A stretch of 64,000 nucleotides of DNA from Candidatus Woesearchaeota archaeon (GCA_964622835.1 CAZUSA010000001.1:159468-223467); one strand, 5' to 3'. Positions 38,256 to 47,751 are shown, counted from the stretch's first letter. Numbers and translations are program-made. The notes: generated from the letters alone by a model not told the origin.

Positions 38256-39542
38256 ATGGCAAAAGAAAAACCGCATATGAATGTTATTTTCGTCGGTCAT
38301 GTTGACCACGGAAAATCGACGACTGTAGGTCGCCTCATGTTTGATTCAGGTAACGTAGATGAGCAGGCTATGAGAAAGTTAAAGGAAAAAGCGCAAGAAC
38401 TTGGTAAAGCTGGGTTTGAGTTTGCGTTTGTTATGGATAATCTTAAGGAAGAGCAAGAACGTGGCGTTACGATTGATCTTTCATACAAGAAGTATATGTC
38501 CCAAAAATATGAAGCAACGATTATTGATGCTCCTGGGCACAGAGATTTTGTTAAAAATATGATTACTGGTTCATCCCAAGCTGATGTTGCATTTTTAGTT
38601 GTTGCAGCTACTGAAGGGGTTATGGAACAAACGAAAGAACACTTATGGTTACTAAAAACACTTGGTGTTAGCCAAATTTGTGTGTTAGTTAACAAGATGG
38701 ATACCGTGAAGTACGATGAAGCGAAATTCAAGGAAGTACAAGAAGGTATTACAAAGTTAATTAAGACTGCTGGATATGATCCTGCAAAGGTTACCTTTAT
38801 TGCTGGTAGCGCTTTACAAGGGGATAATATTTTCAAGAAATCTGAAAACATGAGTTGGTACACAGGTCCAACCGTTGGTGAGCAGATTGATAAGTTCGAC
38901 GAACCGGAAAAACCAAAGGATTTACCTTTGCGTTTACCAATTCAGGATGTGTATAACATTTCTGGTATTGGTGTTGTTCCTGTTGGCCGTGTTGAAACGG
39001 GTACGATGAAGGTTGGACAAAAGATTGTCTTCGTTCCTGGCCGTGAAGGGAAAGGCGTTCCTGGTGAAGTCAAGTCTATTGAAATGCACCATGAACAAGT
39101 TCAAGAAGCTATTCCTGGTGACAACATTGGATTTAACGTTCGTGGTATTGGTAAGAAAGATATTGCACGTGGTGACGTCCTTGGTGACGCTGCAAACCCA
39201 CCGACGATTGTTAGTGAGTTTACTGCTCGTGTGATGATTTTGAATCATCCTACTGTTGTAACACAAGGCTATACGCCGGTGTTCCACATCCATACAGCAC
39301 AAGTTGCCTGTCAATTTTCTGCATTAAAGCAGCAATTAGATCCTGCAACCGGTGACGTTCTGAAGGAAAACCCAGACACCTTAAAGACAGGTGACGCTGC
39401 AGTTATCCAGATGATACCAACGAGACCAGTTGTTATTGAAAAGTTTAGTGAGATTCCTCAAATGTCGAAGTTCGCTATTCGTGATGCTGGTGCAACCGTT
39501 GCTGCTGGTATGTGTATTGATTCTGTAAAGAAAACAGCCTAG
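38256..39542 (+). CDS. tuf: Elongation factor 1-alpha (aEF-1A)
   Basis: 428 aa. [21 protein letters not shown]. Confidence 0.95.
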   Translation: MAKEKPHMNVIFVGHVDHGKSTTVGRLMFDSGNVDEQAMRKLKEKAQELGKAGFEFAFVMDNLKEEQERGVTIDLSYKKYMSQKYEATIIDAPGHRDFVKNMITGSSQADVAFLVVAATEGVMEQTKEHLWLLKTLGVSQICVLVNKMDTVKYDEAKFKEVQEGITKLIKTAGYDPAKVTFIAGSALQGDNIFKKSENMSWYTGPTVGEQIDKFDEPEKPKDLPLRLPIQDVYNISGIGVVPVGRVETGTMKVGQKIVFVPGREGKGVPGEVKSIEMHHEQVQEAIPGDNIGFNVRGIGKKDIARGDVLGDAANPPTIVSEFTARVMILNHPTVVTQGYTPVFHIHTAQVACQFSALKQQLDPATGDVLKENPDTLKTGDAAVIQMIPTRPVVIEKFSEIPQMSKFAIRDAGATVAAGMCIDSVKKTA

Positions 39543-39620
39543 GGTTATACCTTAGCGCTCTTTTTTCTTTTTTTTATTCTATTTTTTAGAGCGTGTGCTC
39601 TGTAAAGAATTCACCCCATA

Positions 39621-39633
39621 AACCTTATAAACC
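39621..39633 (+). promoter_or_regulatory. TATA element ccttataaacc, 30 bp upstream of S10 ATG
   Basis: Spacing to ATG 39656 fits a leaderless or short-leader archaeal mRNA. Confidence 0.45.
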
Positions 39634-39655
39634 ACAAATTGGGCTTCCTATTCAC

Positions 39656-39964
39656 ATGGCAAAGGCACGTATTAATATTGCAAGTACAAATATTACGCAG
39701 TTAAATCAGATCTGTAGTGATATTACTGATATTGCTAAATCAACAAAAACAAAGATGTCTGGTCCTATTCCGTTACCAACACAAATTCTTAAACACACGA
39801 CTCGTCGTAGTCCCTGTGGTGATGGTAAGGCTACGTGGGATAATTTTCAAATGCGTATTCACAAACGTCTTATTGATTTAGCTGACAATGAACGAGCATT
39901 ACGGTTTGTTATGAGAGTCCCTATTCCAAAAGAAGTGGATATTGAAATTGAGTTATTAGAATAA
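39656..39964 (+). CDS. rps10: Ribosomal protein S10 (uS10)
   Basis: MAKARINIAS...IPKEVDIEIELLE. The ORF track starts at 39593; ATG 39656 gives the canonical about 102-aa S10. Confidence 0.9.
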   Translation: MAKARINIASTNITQLNQICSDITDIAKSTKTKMSGPIPLPTQILKHTTRRSPCGDGKATWDNFQMRIHKRLIDLADNERALRFVMRVPIPKEVDIEIELLE

Positions 39965-40083
39965 TTTTCTTACATAGAATAAATATTTTTTCAAGAATCT
40001 AGCGAAGCTTTCTATTGTTTAAAGTATCAGCGCATAACCGTGGGAGATAAATGTACGCAGTAAAGCGCGGGTCAATTAACCCT

Positions 40084-40311
40084 TCAGTCTCCAAATCCGT
40101 ACCGTTGGAGGAAGCCAGTAAACATAATGAAATAACTGTCAACGTCGTATCCTTCTTTGGTAAACACTTTCAAGTCTCCTACAATATCCATTGCATGATC
40201 TTTGTCGTGTTCGTTTCCGAGTCTCAGTATTTTCATTAAGAGTGTATCCCTTTGTTTTTCATCGAGTGGCTTCCGATCGCGTGCACAGCACGGATGTACT
40301 GTTTGTTGCAT
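40084..40311 (-). CDS. Possible small hypothetical protein
   Basis: 75-aa ORF with protein-like composition (DIVGDLKVFTKEGYDVDSYF). No homology recognised. Confidence 0.25.
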   Translation of the reverse strand: MQQTVHPCCARDRKPLDEKQRDTLLMKILRLGNEHDKDHAMDIVGDLKVFTKEGYDVDSYFIMFTGFLQRYGFGD

Positions 40312-40459
40312 GATAATCAGCCTATAATTATTGATATCTTTACTTACTTATAAGAACTGTTGATATAGAATTAAATGTTTCTATACTGTATATAGTTCTA
40401 AGAAAAATTGTCTCAATTTTGAGTTACGACAGAGGGGTACTTTTCACACTTCCCAACCG

Positions 40460-41182
40460 TTGAGAAAAGACATATATGTCTCAAAGAGATTATATGATAT
40501 GGATTTTTCAATACGAAATAAACAAAATGTAGAGAGTAGGTGGAGAAAGGTTCATGAAAAAGAAAGAGCATACATTAGAGATAATAAAGAAAAGACAAAG
40601 CATTTTAGGGCAAGAATATGTGGATTTTTAGCAGGAGATGGGAATCTCCTTATTGCAGGAAAAAACAACAAACACCATAACACAGTACGATTTTTTCCAG
40701 ACCATCATTCACTAATAAAACCATATATCGAGGCTACATTAAAGGTCTACAATAAAAAACCAAAAATAATAAAGAAGAAAAATTATTATTGTTTAAATAT
40801 TGATTCAAAACCAATGGTTGAGGATATTTTATCTACAACAACGTTAGGAACCAGCACATGGAGTATTCCAAAAAGTTTGAAAAGTAATAATGAAAAAATT
40901 GAGTGGTTACGAGCGTTCTTTGATGCTGAAGCCTATGTTCATCAAAAATATATCAGAGTTCAATCAGTGAATGGAGAGGGATTAAAAGAAGTAAAAGAGC
41001 TATTAGGAGACTTGAACATATATTCAAAGATTTACGAATATATGCCTAAACAAAAAAATCATAAAAAAGTCTATATGCTAACAATAATAAGAAAAAAGGA
41101 TAAGTTACATTATAAGTCCCTCATAGGATTTAACCATACAACAAAACTTAAAAAGCTAAATTTTACACTTCAAACAAGATAA
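40460..41182 (+). CDS. Free-standing double-motif LAGLIDADG homing endonuclease
   Basis: 240 aa. Motif 1 ICGFLAGDGNLLIA. Motif 2 LRAFFDAEAYVHQ. Lys-rich. Stop is 4 nt before the tRNA at 41187. Confidence 0.75.
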   Translation: MRKDIYVSKRLYDMDFSIRNKQNVESRWRKVHEKERAYIRDNKEKTKHFRARICGFLAGDGNLLIAGKNNKHHNTVRFFPDHHSLIKPYIEATLKVYNKKPKIIKKKNYYCLNIDSKPMVEDILSTTTLGTSTWSIPKSLKSNNEKIEWLRAFFDAEAYVHQKYIRVQSVNGEGLKEVKELLGDLNIYSKIYEYMPKQKNHKKVYMLTIIRKKDKLHYKSLIGFNHTTKLKKLNFTLQTR

Positions 41183-41186
41183 TCAT

Positions 41187-41321
41187 GCCACGGTCGCATA
41201 ATCTGGTATTGCACAAATCGTTGTTGTAGAATATATTACAGCGAGTGTAAGCCTGGAAAAACCAGAAGATACCAGTAAGCTTGGCCCTTTGGGCGTCCCG
41301 GTTCAAATCCGGGTCGTGGCG
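41187..41321 (+). tRNA. tRNA gene with intron(s); isotype unresolved
   Basis: Clear acceptor GCCACGG/TCGTGGC with G discriminator. T-arm CCCGG-TTCAAAT-CCGGG. D-loop AATCTGGTA. About 60 extra nt between D-arm and T-arm, including hairpin CTGG-AAAAA-CCAG and GCCC-TTT-GGGC. The anticodon stem could not be placed by hand; candidates are TTG (Gln) or GTT (Asn) after a noncanonical intron. Confidence 0.5.
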
Positions 41322-41327
41322 CTTCTA

Positions 41328-42116
41328 TTAGATTTTAATAAAGGGAGTTTTTAGCATATTCCAGAGATGAGAGCAAAGTTCTTTAGTTTCAAATTTTTTA
41401 AGTCCAATGGTCATGTTATTGTGGCCTTTTTTTGGTTGATCAATGTATGTTTTGAAGATTCGGTCCCACCATGGAAGATTAAAACCAAAATTGCTATTGG
41501 TTTCTCGAATAATGGTTGAGTGATGGATTCTATGCATGTCAGGTGTAACAATTATTAATCTCAAATATTTATCAAACGTTCTATTAAATTTGATGTTGCT
41601 GTGATTAAACATGGCTAGACCGTTGAGGATTATTTCAAATAAAATGACAGCTATAACAGGTGTGCCAAGGAGAAAGATAACAACACTTTTTATGACCATA
41701 GAAAGAACAATTTCCATGGGATGAAAGCGAAATCCTGTAGTGACATCAACATCCAAGTCTGTGTGGTGCATTCTATGAACCTTCCAAAGTATTTGGTTAT
41801 AATGGAAAAAAACGTGTTGGGCATAGATAGTTAAGTCTAGTAAAATGATGGAAATAATGAGGAGTGGTATAAATGAAACAGTGATGTGATGAAACAAGCC
41901 AAAACCTATGTTTTCAGCATATATTGCTATGCCTACAGCTGCAGCAGGGAATAATAATCTAAGAATAATACTATCCATTAATAAAATTAAAATATTATTT
42001 TTCCACCGTAGTGATCTCTGTACTTTTCTTTTACGAAAGGGAATGATAAATTCAATCAGAATCATAGATAATAATATGATTAAAAAGACACTAATGCGTA
42101 CTAAAATTTCATTCAT
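41328..42116 (-). CDS. Fatty acid hydroxylase / sterol desaturase superfamily membrane protein
   Basis: 262 aa. Histidine boxes HVFFH, HRMHHTD, HRIHHST. Multiple TM helices. Confidence 0.7.
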   Translation of the reverse strand: MNEILVRISVFLIILLSMILIEFIIPFRKRKVQRSLRWKNNILILLMDSIILRLLFPAAAVGIAIYAENIGFGLFHHITVSFIPLLIISIILLDLTIYAQHVFFHYNQILWKVHRMHHTDLDVDVTTGFRFHPMEIVLSMVIKSVVIFLLGTPVIAVILFEIILNGLAMFNHSNIKFNRTFDKYLRLIIVTPDMHRIHHSTIIRETNSNFGFNLPWWDRIFKTYIDQPKKGHNNMTIGLKKFETKELCSHLWNMLKTPFIKI

Positions 42117-42175
42117 TGTTTTTTAAGTTTTATTTGTTAAAAGTGTATATAAAGTATTTTCTGAGTATATTTTTT

Positions 42176-42736
42176 TTACGTTCGCCATTTCCGTGCACTT
42201 TTTTCTGTTAAAAGTGTTATCAAAAAGACAAAGGCAAGGGCGGTAATGTAAGCATAAAGAAAGTTACTAAGGGTATAACCATAGGATTTGGTTAATGCAA
42301 GTATAAAGACACTATACCATGTTACGATGGATATTGTTCCTGATATAGCGGATACCCACAAGATTTTCTGTGTACAATATTTCTTTCCGTTTTCTATACA
42401 TTTGGTAAGATTGGGTGATACATGTTTATGTAAAAAGAACCCGTTAACAACGATCACCAAGAACAATGCCATTTTGAGTTGAAACAACGAACTTGATAAT
42501 AGTTCTGGTTTATTGGCGACAAGTAAGACGCCAGTAATAAACATTCCACCTAAGGCACCGATGATCATGCGTGAAAGGAAGGGGTAAATAAAGACTAATC
42601 GTTTTTCTAGTCGTTTGCTTCTCAAGCCGATGAGATGAAAGTAATCAACAATGGTTACAGAACCAACACCAATGACAGCGAAGAGAATATGAAGCACTAA
42701 TGTAATAACATGTAACACATCTGGTAAAACAAACAT
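42176..42736 (-). CDS. Hypothetical polytopic membrane protein
   Basis: 186 aa, 5-6 predicted TM helices. Confidence 0.45.
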   Translation of the reverse strand: MFVLPDVLHVITLVLHILFAVIGVGSVTIVDYFHLIGLRSKRLEKRLVFIYPFLSRMIIGALGGMFITGVLLVANKPELLSSSLFQLKMALFLVIVVNGFFLHKHVSPNLTKCIENGKKYCTQKILWVSAISGTISIVTWYSVFILALTKSYGYTLSNFLYAYITALAFVFLITLLTEKSARKWRT

Positions 42737-42738
42737 GG

Positions 42739-43125
42739 TTAATAGTTTTCAAATAAGTGAGCGTATGCTTCTTTGTGAACAACGCCTAAATAGATGTTGA
42801 TAATAAATACTAACGCTGCTGCTGCAATACCTGCTGGATCTAAGAACAAGTGGAATAACACAAAGTTTATACTTAATGGTGCTAACAATATTAGTGCTAA
42901 GTGGACATATTTATTAAACAGTAATAAGAGTCCAATAACGATTTTTAGTGAGTTAACAACGTTAAAGATGTATCCAGATGCAAAGAGTGCTCCCATAAAA
43001 GCTCCTGCTGGGCCTGTAAGTTCTGGCATGGGCATGAATTGTAAGAATCCATTGAGTCCAAAGACGACTAATACAATTCCTAATACATATCGTGCGAGAG
43101 TTGCTAACCAAGATGTCTTTGCCAT
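42739..43125 (-). CDS. DoxX-like small membrane protein
   Basis: 128 aa, 4 TM. N-terminal LARYVLGIVLVVFGLNGF resembles the DoxX pattern. Confidence 0.45.
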   Translation of the reverse strand: MAKTSWLATLARYVLGIVLVVFGLNGFLQFMPMPELTGPAGAFMGALFASGYIFNVVNSLKIVIGLLLLFNKYVHLALILLAPLSINFVLFHLFLDPAGIAAAALVFIINIYLGVVHKEAYAHLFENY

Positions 43126-43165
43126 ACCAACATACTCTATACAGACTATTTAAAGATTTAGTTCA

Positions 43166-43555
43166 TTAACACGTCTTATCAATGAACGGCAACTGATGGC
43201 GTCGTATGTAGGTAATGATTGTTGCCATAACGAAGACAGTAACGGCTAATCCAAAGAGTAGTCCACCGTCGTTTTCTACAACAATGCCGAGTCGCGTAAA
43301 GTGAGCAATAATGGCTCCTAACATGAGTCCCATTGCTAACAATCCACCACTGGCGACGAGTCGTGGTATGAGTAAAAACAACCCTGCGACACCTTCTAAC
43401 AATCCGATAAGAATACGTCCTGTTGGTTCCATACCTAGTAAGGTAAAGGTTGCAACGGCTTCTGGTGCGCCGGTAAATTTAAACCATAATGTTTGGAATA
43501 AGATTATTGCTGCTATTATTTGTAAGATCCACAACCATTTGGGATAGCATTTCAT
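43166..43555 (-). CDS. DoxX-family membrane protein
   Basis: Start MKCYPKWLWILQIIAAIILFQTLWFKFTG. LIGLLEGVAGLFLL is typical DoxX. The ORF track extends to 43633 and overlaps the upstream gene. Confidence 0.5.
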   Translation of the reverse strand: MKCYPKWLWILQIIAAIILFQTLWFKFTGAPEAVATFTLLGMEPTGRILIGLLEGVAGLFLLIPRLVASGGLLAMGLMLGAIIAHFTRLGIVVENDGGLLFGLAVTVFVMATIITYIRRHQLPFIDKTC

Positions 43556-45102
43556 GATTTCCACGTCCTTTTTTGTGTTGTTGACGGCAATGTAAAGAGC
43601 GCGCTTCGTGGTATATAAACATTTTCTGGACATAAGTCTTTTGTTGATCGACAGCCCATTGCTGATAATAATTCTATGAAGTCATGTTCTAAGTTTTTTA
43701 CGTAGTTAGCAATACGTTTTGCTTTGTCTGGTATGATTAATCCTTGTTGTAATACAGGATCATGCGTCGTAATTCCAACGGGGCAGGTATTGTGGTTGCA
43801 TTGTAATGCTTGTATGCATCCAAGTGCTAACATAAATCCTCGTGCGGTATACACTGCATCTGCGCCAAGTGCCATGGCTGTTAATTGTCGTCCTGGATTG
43901 ATTAACTTTCCAGAACACACAAGTTTAAGTTTGTCGCGTACTTTTTCTTCAACAAGTACTCTGTTTGCAAAGGGTAGTGCTTTGAATAAGGGTATGCCAA
44001 GATCATCCATGAAGCTTTTCGGTGCTGCTCCTGTCCCACCTTCTGCCCCGTCAATGTCAATGTAATCGGGAAACACTTTTTGTTTTTTCATTTCTTTAAT
44101 AAGTGTTCTAAATTCTTCTTCTCGTCCTAGACATAATTTAATACCAACAGGTAATTGTGAAACATCCTGAACGCGCTTGATGAATTGTACGGTTGTTGTG
44201 GGTGTGGTACATTCTATGTGATGGGGCGGTGATATAACATCTTTATTGAGTGGAACATGTCGTAAGGCTGATATTTCTGGTGTTATTTTTTCTTTAGGTA
44301 GTAATCCTCCTTTTCCTGGTTTTGCTCCTTGTGAGAATTTTATTTCGATCATTTTGATCTTGTCTTCTGCTGCAAGATCACGAAGTTTTTCATCGTCTAA
44401 ACTACTGTCTTCATTACGAACGCCAAATTTTGCTGTTCCCATTTGAAAGATTAAATCGCATCCTTCCATTAAATGATATTTCGGCGTACCTCCTTCACCA
44501 GTGTTCATAGGTATTCCTGCCATACGTGCACCTCTCGCGAGTGATCGTACAGCGTTTTGCCCTAATGCACCAAAACTCATGGCACTGATCATAAATGGTT
44601 TGGTAATAGTATAAGCATTTTTTATGCCACGTTCTTCACCAAAGGTTACACGATAGGGTATGAGTTCATCTTTGTCTACAGGATATAATGAATGTTTAAG
44701 TTTTATTTCGCTGTCGTTGAATTCTAGTAATGATCCAAAAGCTGATGAGGAGTCAACATCTTTTGCTTTGCGATAGACTTCTGCTCGTTCAACACGAGTA
44801 AAAGGACGTTCTTCTGTGTCACCTGCAAAGAGGTATTGTCTAAATTCTGGTCCAACACTTTCGATGAGATACCGTAGTTGTCCAATAATACCAAAGTTAC
44901 GTAATAATGAGTGCCCTGTTTGTAAATGCCGATAATAATAGTTAATACCTGCTAATAATAAAAAGAAAACGGTCAAAAAGTGAAAGTAAAATGAGATGTA
45001 ATGTCCTGCAAGACCAAAAAGTAGGGCAATAACAGGTATTGAAAGGTTGACGAAGAGTGCTATTTTAGGCAAATTGATAGAGAGTCGAACCATAGTTCTC
45101 AT
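43552..45102 (-). CDS. Glutamate-synthase-domain-2-like FMN-dependent oxidoreductase with N-terminal membrane anchor
   Basis: 516 aa. 2 N-terminal TM helices. GltS FMN-domain motifs: FMISAMSFGALG, GEGG, SQGAKPGKGGLLP, CSGKLINPGR. Confidence 0.75.
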   Translation of the reverse strand: MRTMVRLSINLPKIALFVNLSIPVIALLFGLAGHYISFYFHFLTVFFLLLAGINYYYRHLQTGHSLLRNFGIIGQLRYLIESVGPEFRQYLFAGDTEERPFTRVERAEVYRKAKDVDSSSAFGSLLEFNDSEIKLKHSLYPVDKDELIPYRVTFGEERGIKNAYTITKPFMISAMSFGALGQNAVRSLARGARMAGIPMNTGEGGTPKYHLMEGCDLIFQMGTAKFGVRNEDSSLDDEKLRDLAAEDKIKMIEIKFSQGAKPGKGGLLPKEKITPEISALRHVPLNKDVISPPHHIECTTPTTTVQFIKRVQDVSQLPVGIKLCLGREEEFRTLIKEMKKQKVFPDYIDIDGAEGGTGAAPKSFMDDLGIPLFKALPFANRVLVEEKVRDKLKLVCSGKLINPGRQLTAMALGADAVYTARGFMLALGCIQALQCNHNTCPVGITTHDPVLQQGLIIPDKAKRIANYVKNLEHDFIELLSAMGCRSTKDLCPENVYIPRSALFTLPSTTQKRTWKS

Positions 45103-45147
45103 TGACGAGGATGATATTTATAAAGATACAGGTAATGCCCACCTACC

Positions 45148-45723
45148 ATGAAGCGATGTGCGTGGCCGGGAACAAAGAATCAGAGAATGATTGCATACCA
45201 TGATGAAGAGTGGGGTGTACCTTTACACGATGATAGAAAGTTATTTGAGTTTTTAGTGCTAGATGCATTCCAAGCTGGTTTGAGTTGGGAGATTACGTTG
45301 AATAAACGTGAGGGTTTTGAAAAGGCGTTTAAGAATTTTGATGCGAAAAAGATCGCAAAATTTACAGAAAAAGATGTAAAACGATTACGCCAAGATGCAA
45401 GTATTATTCGTAATCGGTTGAAGATTGAGTCGACGATTGATAATGCTAAAGCCTTTCTTATAATTCAAAAAGAGTTTGGGAGTTTTGATAAGTATATTTG
45501 GCAGTTTGTCAATCATAACCCTTTAGTTAATAAGCATAAAGCAATGACGGATATACCTGCTACAACAGAAGAATCTGATGCGATGAGTAAAGCGTTAAAG
45601 AAACGTGGGTTTCGTTTTGTTGGTTCAACAATTTGTTATGCCTTTATGCAGGCTGCTGGTATGGTGAATGATCATACCGTTGATTGTTATCGGTATAGTG
45701 AGATAAAGAAAAAGGGGATTTGA
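45148..45723 (+). CDS. tag: DNA-3-methyladenine glycosylase I
   Basis: IAYHDEEWGVP, FEFLVLDAFQAGLSWEITL, Cys/His Zn site. Confidence 0.85.
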   Translation: MKRCAWPGTKNQRMIAYHDEEWGVPLHDDRKLFEFLVLDAFQAGLSWEITLNKREGFEKAFKNFDAKKIAKFTEKDVKRLRQDASIIRNRLKIESTIDNAKAFLIIQKEFGSFDKYIWQFVNHNPLVNKHKAMTDIPATTEESDAMSKALKKRGFRFVGSTICYAFMQAAGMVNDHTVDCYRYSEIKKKGI

Positions 45724-45738
45724 CTCCCCTCGGTGAAC

Positions 45739-46050
45739 TTAGCGTCTCCGCTTTGTTCGTGCTCTACGAGCTGTCTTTCGAACAGTCTTTCGTGCAGTTT
45801 TACGAACAGTTTTACGTGCTCTACGTACGGTTTTACGAACAGTTTTACGTGCTCTTCGTACAGTTTTACGTGTTGCTTTTCTGGTACTCTTTCGAGTTGC
45901 CTTACGTGCTACACGGCGCTTAGTTGTACGTACTTTTGTACGTGCTCTTCGCACAGTTTTTCGTACTGCCTTACGTACTGTTTTACGTGCGCTCTTTCGA
46001 GTTGCTCTTCGTACAGTCTTTCTTGCAGTTCTTGTTTTTTTTCTTGCCAT
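45739..46050 (-). CDS. Highly basic Arg/Lys tandem-repeat protein (putative nucleic-acid-binding)
   Basis: 103 aa made almost entirely of 4-aa periodic units (RKTV, RRAR, RKAT). Underlying 12-nt DNA repeats ttttacgaacag/ttttacgtgctc. The minus frame is the only one giving a biochemically sensible product. Confidence 0.5.
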   Translation of the reverse strand: MARKKTRTARKTVRRATRKSARKTVRKAVRKTVRRARTKVRTTKRRVARKATRKSTRKATRKTVRRARKTVRKTVRRARKTVRKTARKTVRKTARRARTKRRR

Positions 46051-46240
46051 TTGTTTCTCCGTTCACACGTATGTGTGTGAATGTTTTATGGTTTGTTTAT
46101 ATTGTAAAAACACCATAAGTATATAGTGTAATTACTATGTTGCACTACATACTTTAGTATTTAAAGGTTGTGTTTAGTAAAAAACAACAAAAGTTAGTAA
46201 CACTTGTAAAAAAAAGTTTGTGTAAACAATATATTAATTA

Positions 46241-46612
46241 TTAAGGATGCCAACCAAGTGGAACTTCTCTTTTCCTAATAACATCCCCCTCACGAGTGTA
46301 CTCTGTATAAAGTTTCGTTTGAGAACCAATAGAATGAGTAAACGAATAAGAAGAACCATTTAAAGTATCAACAATACTAACATTTTGGTCAAATATTTTT
46401 TGTGGTGTTACAGAAGTTACTCTTCCACTATTTGAAGGAACAACGCGAGGACTACAACCAGTTAATGTAAGTGCAGCTAAAATACCAAGTGTTACAGTAG
46501 GAATAGCAAGAAGAGTAAGTAATCCAGGAACACCAGCTTCTCTTTCTGCTTCATCCCTTCCAAGTGTCCTAACAAACTCGCGACCTGCATAACGCAAAGC
46601 ACTAACAGTCAT
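46241..46612 (-). CDS. Hypothetical small membrane/secreted protein
   Basis: 123 aa with internal hydrophobic segment LLTLLAIPTVTLGILAALTLTGCS. Directly downstream of the TrmB-like gene. Confidence 0.35.
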   Translation of the reverse strand: MTVSALRYAGREFVRTLGRDEAEREAGVPGLLTLLAIPTVTLGILAALTLTGCSPRVVPSNSGRVTSVTPQKIFDQNVSIVDTLNGSSYSFTHSIGSQTKLYTEYTREGDVIRKREVPLGWHP

Positions 46613-47413
46613 TTATTTTTTACCGCCTTTCCATACGGTATCAAACATGGTACCGAAGGCTTGTGAAAAGAACGGTGTGCTGATCCAAACTGCTGAGTCA
46701 TATGTTTCGTGAACATCTTTGTCATTAGAAATCATAAACAATGCTTCTTTACGATCAACTAAACAGAATCGAGCATCGAAAGCTTCTGCTTCTTTGAGAG
46801 TTACAGAGCCTTTGACTAGTTTTAGTGTATTTTGATCGATGTCTTTTGTTGGAGCGAGCATTTTAACAGTAACACCTTTTGTGTGTAACTTTGTAAAGAG
46901 GTTTTTGAACTTTTTAATTTTTCTAGTTGCACCATCTGCTGTGGTTGCTATGATAACTTCTTTTTCTGCGTTTTCTAACATTGTTTTTAATTGTGAATAT
47001 AATGCGTCTCGTCCTTTGACAGAGCCAGATAAGTTAGTAGGATCTACTTTTTGTATGCCTTGTTTATACAATAATTCTAAGTCACCGAAGAGTGTTTCTT
47101 TCTTGACGTTGTCAAGTTCTTTCATACGATCATTTGATTTCTTTTGTACTCTATCTTTGATGCGGGTAACAATTTCTTGTGGTTCTATTGCCATGTACTT
47201 GATAGGCTTACCAAGTTTCATCATAACAAAACCTTTTTTTTCTAAAGAATCAAGAACATCATAACTTCGACTTCGTGGAATTTGTGAAATATCACTTAAT
47301 TCACCAGCGGTTGCAACGCCTCTACAAAGGAGTGCTGTCCAAATTTTGACTTCATAGATATTTAAGTCAAATGCTGATCTAAGCTTTTTGAGGAGTTCGT
47401 CCTTGAGGATCAT
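46613..47413 (-). CDS. TrmB-family transcriptional regulator
   Basis: N-terminal wHTH (YEVKIWTALLCRGVATAGELSDISQIPRSRSYDVLDSLEKKGFV) plus C-terminal TrmB-like domain. Confidence 0.65.
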   Translation of the reverse strand: MILKDELLKKLRSAFDLNIYEVKIWTALLCRGVATAGELSDISQIPRSRSYDVLDSLEKKGFVMMKLGKPIKYMAIEPQEIVTRIKDRVQKKSNDRMKELDNVKKETLFGDLELLYKQGIQKVDPTNLSGSVKGRDALYSQLKTMLENAEKEVIIATTADGATRKIKKFKNLFTKLHTKGVTVKMLAPTKDIDQNTLKLVKGSVTLKEAEAFDARFCLVDRKEALFMISNDKDVHETYDSAVWISTPFFSQAFGTMFDTVWKGGKK

Positions 47414-47532
47414 AGTATATCTTGCCCCACCTCTTGGAAGAAAAACAGAGAGAAGTCTCTTTAAAAACCTTTGGGTTTTTAATAACTAACAAGTGGTAAA
47501 ATAAAAGAAAAAATGAACCCTCTAAAAGAGGA

Positions 47533-47751
47533 TTAAAAGGCGAATTCTTCGCCAAGCGCGTCAAGCTCATCATCTGCAAGCTCTTCTGCAACGCTGTCTA
47601 AGTCATCAAATGCACTTTCTAAACCATCATCAACAGCAGCATCACCCGAAGGTGCAACAGCCTGTTGATCAGCGGGTTCATTATAAGCACAGCCAACAAC
47701 GAACAACATTAGAACAATAAAGAGTGAAATAAGTCGTTTCATAAAAGGCAC
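47533..47751 (-). CDS. Small acidic lipoprotein-like peptide
   Basis: 72 aa. Signal plus lipobox-like LFVVGC, then an Asp/Glu-rich tail. Confidence 0.35.
   Translation of the reverse strand: MPFMKRLISLFIVLMLFVVGCAYNEPADQQAVAPSGDAAVDDGLESAFDDLDSVAEELADDELDALGEEFAF

Noticed and set aside
45720-46118. Plus-strand ORFs over the basic-repeat locus encoding Phe/Tyr/Val/Cys/Ser repeat peptides
   Set aside because: Alternate frames of the 12-nt tandem repeat. Products are biochemically implausible (about 30% Phe/Tyr or Cys/Ser). The minus-strand Arg/Lys protein is the only sensible reading.
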